From Eledone cirrhosa (taxonomy: Eukaryota): a DNA stretch of 64,000 bases. Every line of letters begins with the position of its first letter. The stretch's first letter is position 1. The notes beneath the pieces were generated by a model. The model had not been told where the DNA came from. It was given only the letters and a program-made list of their open reading frames with translations, and did no database searches. Location of the stretch: NCBI GenBank assembly GCA_964016885.1, contig OZ024744.1, forward strand, positions 88,226,001 through 88,290,000, in the 5' to 3' direction. The translations under genes were made by a program, and so were the position numbers. Positions 57,520-64,000 of the stretch are shown piece by piece.

Positions 57520-59253
57520 TTATATATAGTTCGATGGAGGAAAGAAAAAAAAAAGAAACAAAGAAAGCAAGGAAAAGATTGGTCCGAAAGTGACAGCAAA
57601 AGTGCAGGAAGACAAGGCTTGTTCATTTTGTAATCAAACTAGAATCGCTGCTTTACTCCCGTTGAGCGTGATATAACCATGTTCCTACTAAATTTCGGTG
57701 AGATATGCATCTATGATATTGAACATATACAGAGAAGTACGGAAGACAATACAAACAAAAATTTCCCCAAAAATATAAATTTAACATTTCGTAATTTTTT
57801 TTTTTTGCTTTTTTAAACCTAGAAGGAGAAGAAATACAAACATATCAATTTCCCGTCATTCATTTTTATATTATATTTATTTATCCAATAATCTGCTAAG
57901 GTTATCCCTGACATGGGTCGATGCGCCTTTTGTATGGTGTCTGATGGTACATACATCAAATATTCCACCATGATGAATACATAACAGCCATGAAAACGAA
58001 ATAGAGACAGAGAGAGAGAAAAAAAGACATGGAGAGAGAGAAAGAAAAAGAGACATGGAGGAAGAGAGAGAGAGAAAGAAAAAGATAAATAGAGAAAGAG
58101 AGACGTACGCCGCACCGCCTGTTTTGACCGCCATATTATACCTATAAACTAAGCATAACTATTAGCTGTATAATGCTGGCACGTAATAAACCCCTCCTGT
58201 GTGAATTTCTAGCATTCGTTTGGTATTCGTTTGGTATAGACGATGGCCTGTTGAATTCTTGCACTTATTTGAACTCTTTATCCTTTTTGCTGAAGCAATC
58301 TGAAGAACTCTTGATTGACTTATCAGAAGAATGAAACACCAATTTAACACATGGCTATTTTTGAACGAATTCATGAATTTTTAATCACTATGAATAGTAA
58401 GAACTTCGACTTCCTCGCTTGCACCCATTTGAGGTGTCCCAATACATACACCCAATGCAAATACAACAAACTCGATATGATGTAAGGAACATAAAGCCTA
58501 ATCTATAATGAAGGTCAGCTGCGTATGGGATATGAATGTGTTATTTGAGTTTGAAGAAAAAGCGAAAACAGCTATAGTGAGATAAGGTGGTAGTAACAGT
58601 TCATTATGAAACCATACATGGGACAAAAAATCTAGAAAACTCTGGATGTTTCTAAGAAAGAATGAAATAAGCAGGCATGGATCATGTTCAATGATTCAGT
58701 GAAGATTTACAAGGCGTTCAAAAAGGATTCTCTATTCGAATTTTCTAGAATGAATTTGTGAATACAACTAAATGTATGTTTATGGCATTCACATTAATGT
58801 ATGCTATTACGCACACATTAATAAACACCGGTGTACTAAAAAGGGAAGTCCATTCATGTATATATTCATACATTAACTAACACACATATTAACATTTGTC
58901 TAGAATTCTCTTGACTAAAAACAAATGTTGCGTTCGATCAATCCGTTAGAAAATGCAACCATACTTCCCTCAAGTCGTACCCCACTTACTTTAAAATGAT
59001 AGACATATTGAATTATATACATATTGATTTACTACATGTAGAAACAAACCTGAGGCTCCAAAATTATTAATATATATTCTTGTGCTTCAATAAACATTAT
59101 ACATTATCTATTTGTTTTATATTAATTTGAAATTACTCATAGAACAATATATAGATATAGATGTATATATATATACGTGCATATATGTATGTATATATGT
59201 ATGTACATAGATATATGTATGCATGTATATATACATATATATATATATATGTA

Positions 59254-59313
<60 letters not shown>

Positions 59314-59326
59314 CACACACACACAG

Positions 59327-59370
<44 letters not shown>

Positions 59371-59525
59371 TATATATATGTGTGTGTATATATATGTATA
59401 TATATATATATATATGCATGCATATGTATGTATATATGAATGTAATTATGTGTGTATGTGTATGTATATAGATATATGTATACATGTATGCAAATATGTA
59501 TATACATTTATATCATATATGTATG

Positions 59526-59581
<56 letters not shown>

Positions 59582-59648
59582 TATACATATATATATATAT
59601 ACATACATATATATACATATATATATACATATATATACTTATATATAC

Positions 59649-59679
<31 letters not shown>

Positions 59680-59702
59680 CATATATATATCCATATATAT
59701 CC

Positions 59703-59750
<48 letters not shown>

Positions 59751-60097
59751 ACAGATATATATGTGTGTATTTATGTATATGTATTTATATATTCATACAT
59801 ACATGTGAAATAAGAACTTATGTCGTGATATCTTATCCTAGTGTAGACGTTTTAGTTTTCACGAGACCGGAATTTTTATTATATATTCTTAAATTAACAT
59901 AAGTGTAGAATATGTGTAGAATAAGTGGAATGTTTTCTTTTTCTGAAGAAATTGCCATACATCTCAAAATGTATATATATATATATATATACACACATAC
60001 ATACAAATATATGTATGTGTGTGTATAAACCAAAAAACATTCATCTACATGGAGTTCTACCACCATTATTAGTCCTATCGTAAATATTACTGTATGA

Positions 60098-60157
<60 letters not shown>

Positions 60158-60239
60158 TCATGAAAACAAGGAGAAAGAGACGATTATGAGGAAGAAAAAT
60201 TTTTTTTTTTCGCTTTTTTTTCTGTCTCTCTCTATATAT

Positions 60240-60335
60240 ATCACACAAAGGAAAACAGCCTCTCCTTCGTTTTTGAAGGAGGGTGGCAGTTTGATCATGA
60301 CAATGGACTCGGCGGTCAACGCAATTGGTCCCACC
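60240..60335 (-). mobile_element. Small Tx1-like fragment
   Basis: LTAESIVMIKLPPSF...VFLCVI aligns with LSAESIVKIDPPPSL...IFLCLV at 2660-2740. Confidence 0.6.
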
Positions 60336-60339
60336 CGCG

Positions 60340-60995
60340 ACAATAGTCATTCTACATAGCCCCACAAGCATATATTCCTTATGTGCAATCATTTTCTTTA
60401 GTTCATCATGGTTTTCGGGGGTCCGTATGGCTCTGGTCCACCCGTTCCATCTTTCTGTGTGGGTTTTCTTGGCCATTGAGGTAATGGTAGGTGGTCTGCC
60501 TCTTGCTGGCCTTGTGGGGCAGAGGTTGCTAAGGTCATACGTATCTAGATAATCATTATTATAGGTAAGTTAACCTATTCATGGTATGGTGGGACAATAA
60601 ACTTAAAGAACAATTAGAAGACAGCAACCTCTTAACCCTGATTATGTACTCCCGCTACGTTGATGATATAAACATCGTGGTTAAAACACCCCCACTAGAG
60701 AACAGTCAGGAATTAAAGAAAAACACCATGGAAAGCATCCACCAAATAGCTAACTCCATCCACCAGAGTATTAGAGTTACTATAGACTACCCAAGCAAAC
60801 ACCCCAACCATCGTTTACCTGTACTAGACACAGATATCTGGCTATTTCTGGACTGAGTCCAGAAATAACCGTCGAAACGTCTTGAGCTCTGCCGTCGGGG
60901 TCATACATTTTCCTATTACTCACTCTACTACCCTATGTATTGAGTACTCTGGTGCGTTATGGTCCATCTGGTTCCTTACCACAACTCCTTCGTTA
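60340..60995 (+). mobile_element. Penelope-like element remnant: inverted upstream piece (60340-60570, minus), RT core (60575-60840) and family A terminal repeat
   Basis: MYSRYVDDINIV and DYPSKHPNHRLPVLDT PLE-type RT motifs, fused to the family A 3' repeat ending in (TA)n. Confidence 0.8.
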
Positions 60996-62091
60996 TATAT
61001 ATATATATAGTGAAAGAATGAAGAGTAACATGGTTGGCCGTACTATAAGGGGCTTTACTTCAAGTACTGACAATTGTTTCGCTGATCAGGTGAGTCTAGA
61101 GGTCACTAATCGCTTGAGGTTGCGTCACTCGATCTCCAATACATTATTTACCTCTGGTCAACACATCAGAGTACGAAATAGCCCTCGAGCCCTTGAGCTC
61201 TGTCGCCGGGTCTTGAACATGTTCCTATATATTAGAATGTTGTTGAGGAGTGTATGCATTTTTTAGGGACAACCTGTATATAGTATAATTAAAATTGCAT
61301 ACATTGAACATGTATGCGTGACCTTAGGTTTTGGGGTCTAGTTATGGCCATCACTGTATAGTGGAGGAGTCGTTTCAATACTGACCCCACATCAGACACC
61401 AGGACAAGATTATATGTATGTTTACCTGTGTGTATGTGTGTGTGTGTGTGTGTGTATGTATTTTCCTTGAAATAGTGAACTAACTTAAATTTAAATCCAG
61501 TTATGTCTTTATCAATTCAATGCTACATTGCTACGTTGGTACTATAAAAGCAATGGCATTCTCTATACACTGCTAAGACAGTCATTCCAAACAGTTTCAA
61601 CCAAACTTACTTCCTTTGGCGGACATAACCAACTTAAATGCGAGTTCAGACGCATTTAAGTCACTGCAAACTTCTCCAGTCCAGACACTGTCTAGTCTCT
61701 AATTTACTAAATAGATTAACACGGCATTGACGCGATCCATAAATTGCTATCGTTTCTAGCTGACAATATTACTTACGTCGTCTACGTTCAATATAACAAT
61801 TCTAATCTGTCTCTCAGACTTTCAGCTTGCTGCTGCTAGTTATCAAGAATGTTCATGTTTTCTTAGAAGACCACCCGAAGGTAATGTATCGTTTATTAAA
61901 TAAAATATGTATGCTTGTGTTTCTCGAACAAACGCACAATATATATATATATATATATAAGTATAAAGTCAGCGAGAATCGCATTTCGGCGGAGAGAAAA
62001 AGCGAAACGTAACCCAAATTCCGAGTCATGGCAAGCGCTCCATAGTCTAAAAGACTAGAGCAATAAACATACGTTATAAAGGCCATACAAA

Positions 62092-62199
<108 letters not shown>

Positions 62200-62391
62200 G
62201 AAAAAGAGATGAAATCGAAAATGCAACTGGAGTCTTATTTTTTTTTTTAAATATATATATTTATCTGGTTCCTTTACCAGTTTCGCAGTTCTTCTGCTTT
62301 TCAAAAGGTGAGTTGAGATGGAGGGTCTGTGGTTTTTTTCACTCGTGTAGGACACCTCGGTTATTTTTCATTTTGTAAAAAAAAACCTCAC

Positions 62392-62472
<81 letters not shown>

Positions 62473-63449
62473 GAGATATAGATATATACTATACACATAT
62501 ATATATGTATAAATATATATACATATACACATACATACATACGTATATATATATGTCCATAGATACATACTCACGTACATACATACACACATGCACACAT
62601 ACATACACACACACACACGCATACATACACACACGCATACATACATTTATTCATACATACGTACATATATACGTCCATAGATATATACATAGATACATGC
62701 TCACGTACAAACGTATGTACGTACATACTTACATTTATACATACATACAAATATGCACACATACATACATACACAGATACACACACACACGCATACATAC
62801 ATACATACATACATACATACATACATACATACATACATACATACATACATACATACATACATACATACATACATACATACATACATAGATACATACTCAC
62901 GTGCATACATACGTATGTACATATATACGTACGTATACACATAAAAACATGCACACACACCCGCATACATACACACACGCATACATAAACAGATACTAAT
63001 ACATATATGTCTACTTGGTTGATGTTTGAATTCTAAACAAAACTTTTTTTTATGTTTGAAGCCGCTTCCTCTTCACTAGTGATTTATCTATGTAATAACT
63101 GGATATAAATATAGAAGACGTCACGGGAACTCATATGTAAGTCACGGGAGGGAACTCATATGTAAATTATAATTCAAAAAGAGACAAAACAGTGGGGCAT
63201 GGAGACACTAAGAACGGAATTTAAAGAGAATTAAAGTAACACGGAAATCCTGGCCATAATTTGTCCGCATGTTGGCTTGCGCGTTCCATAGTGATTAAAA
63301 ACACTACTGTCCAAAATTATGTTAAACAGTAATATCTGATGGGGGACAGTTGATGATCAGGAATTACTTTGTGGTGTTTTTCTTTTAATTTTCCATTCGT
63401 CTATTGACTTCTTGTTCCATTTTGTTCAATCTCGGCTAATGTCCAAAAG

Positions 63450-63649
63450 GATATGCTCGCGAATGCAAATGGCCGAAATGAGGTTTTTCCGCAGAGTCTC
63501 TGGGATAACGTTACTCGATCCGTAGCTTGGAGAACAGAGTGGAATCGCGTGGGGACGCAAACAAATCAATTGGAGACAGTGGCTTCGGACATGACCAGCT
63601 GGAAGGCGTATTTGATTATCCCAGTAATAAGTGGGTGGTGAGGAGGAGA

Positions 63650-63650
<1 letters not shown>
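63450..63650 (+). mobile_element. RTE-like LINE fragment
   Basis: MAEMRFFRRVSGITLLD and QWLRT/FGH-type motifs, frameshifted. Confidence 0.55.
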
Positions 63651-63742
<92 letters not shown>

Positions 63743-64000
63743 TATAAAATTACTACTTTTTAAATTCTATTTTTCCGTGTTCACAGGGGCACGGTACAAT
63801 GAAAACCGAACCCAGCTAAGCCCGCACGAGGTCTTGGTAGCGATTTTCCTCCACAGGTAATTTCCCCAAGGCTGTCTACACTCTCATGACCGAAGCGTTA
63901 GCGTTGTCGAACGTTCAGACATTCGTTACAGACAGCCCGCATTCAGTTTTGCGACACACGTTCTTTAGGGCTCATTGTCAGGGGATGTTGTTCGGACCTT

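Noticed and set aside
61245-61282. Tc1/mariner terminal repeat (reverse of TACAGGTTGTCCC)
   Set aside because: No partner TIR or transposase found in the window

Overview
Eukaryotic, AT-rich, microsatellite-saturated DNA. The SINE family and repeat landscape suggest a cephalopod (octopus-like) genome, which is my inference. No intact host gene or intact transposon ORF is evident, and nearly all ORF-track entries are translated microsatellites. The dominant feature is an ~11.9-kb array (24994-36861) of a near-identical 310-bp monomer. Each monomer contains a minimal type I hammerhead ribozyme (CTGATGA...GAAA-CGCG-TA) inside a hairpin-rich, viroid-like sequence, giving 38 ribozymes in total. 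The array consists of two divergent blocks (8.3 units on minus, exactly 30 on plus) joined at a 3-bp microhomology. It is flanked by (TA)n on both sides and contains a 9-monomer higher-order duplication. It resembles a very young non-LTR retrozyme or Penelope-mobilised circular-RNA locus. At least five other, unrelated hammerhead motifs occur in small fold-back elements, most of them inserted in or next to (TA)n, alongside Penelope-like RT and GIY-YIG fragments. Other content includes R4/Dong-like REL LINE pieces and zinc-finger-tailed RTE LINE pieces that share (TATG)n/(CATA)n targets, Tx1/L1-like and CRE-like LINE remnants, two Helitron-like elements and many tRNA-derived SINEs. A few weak candidate minus-strand exons are also present.
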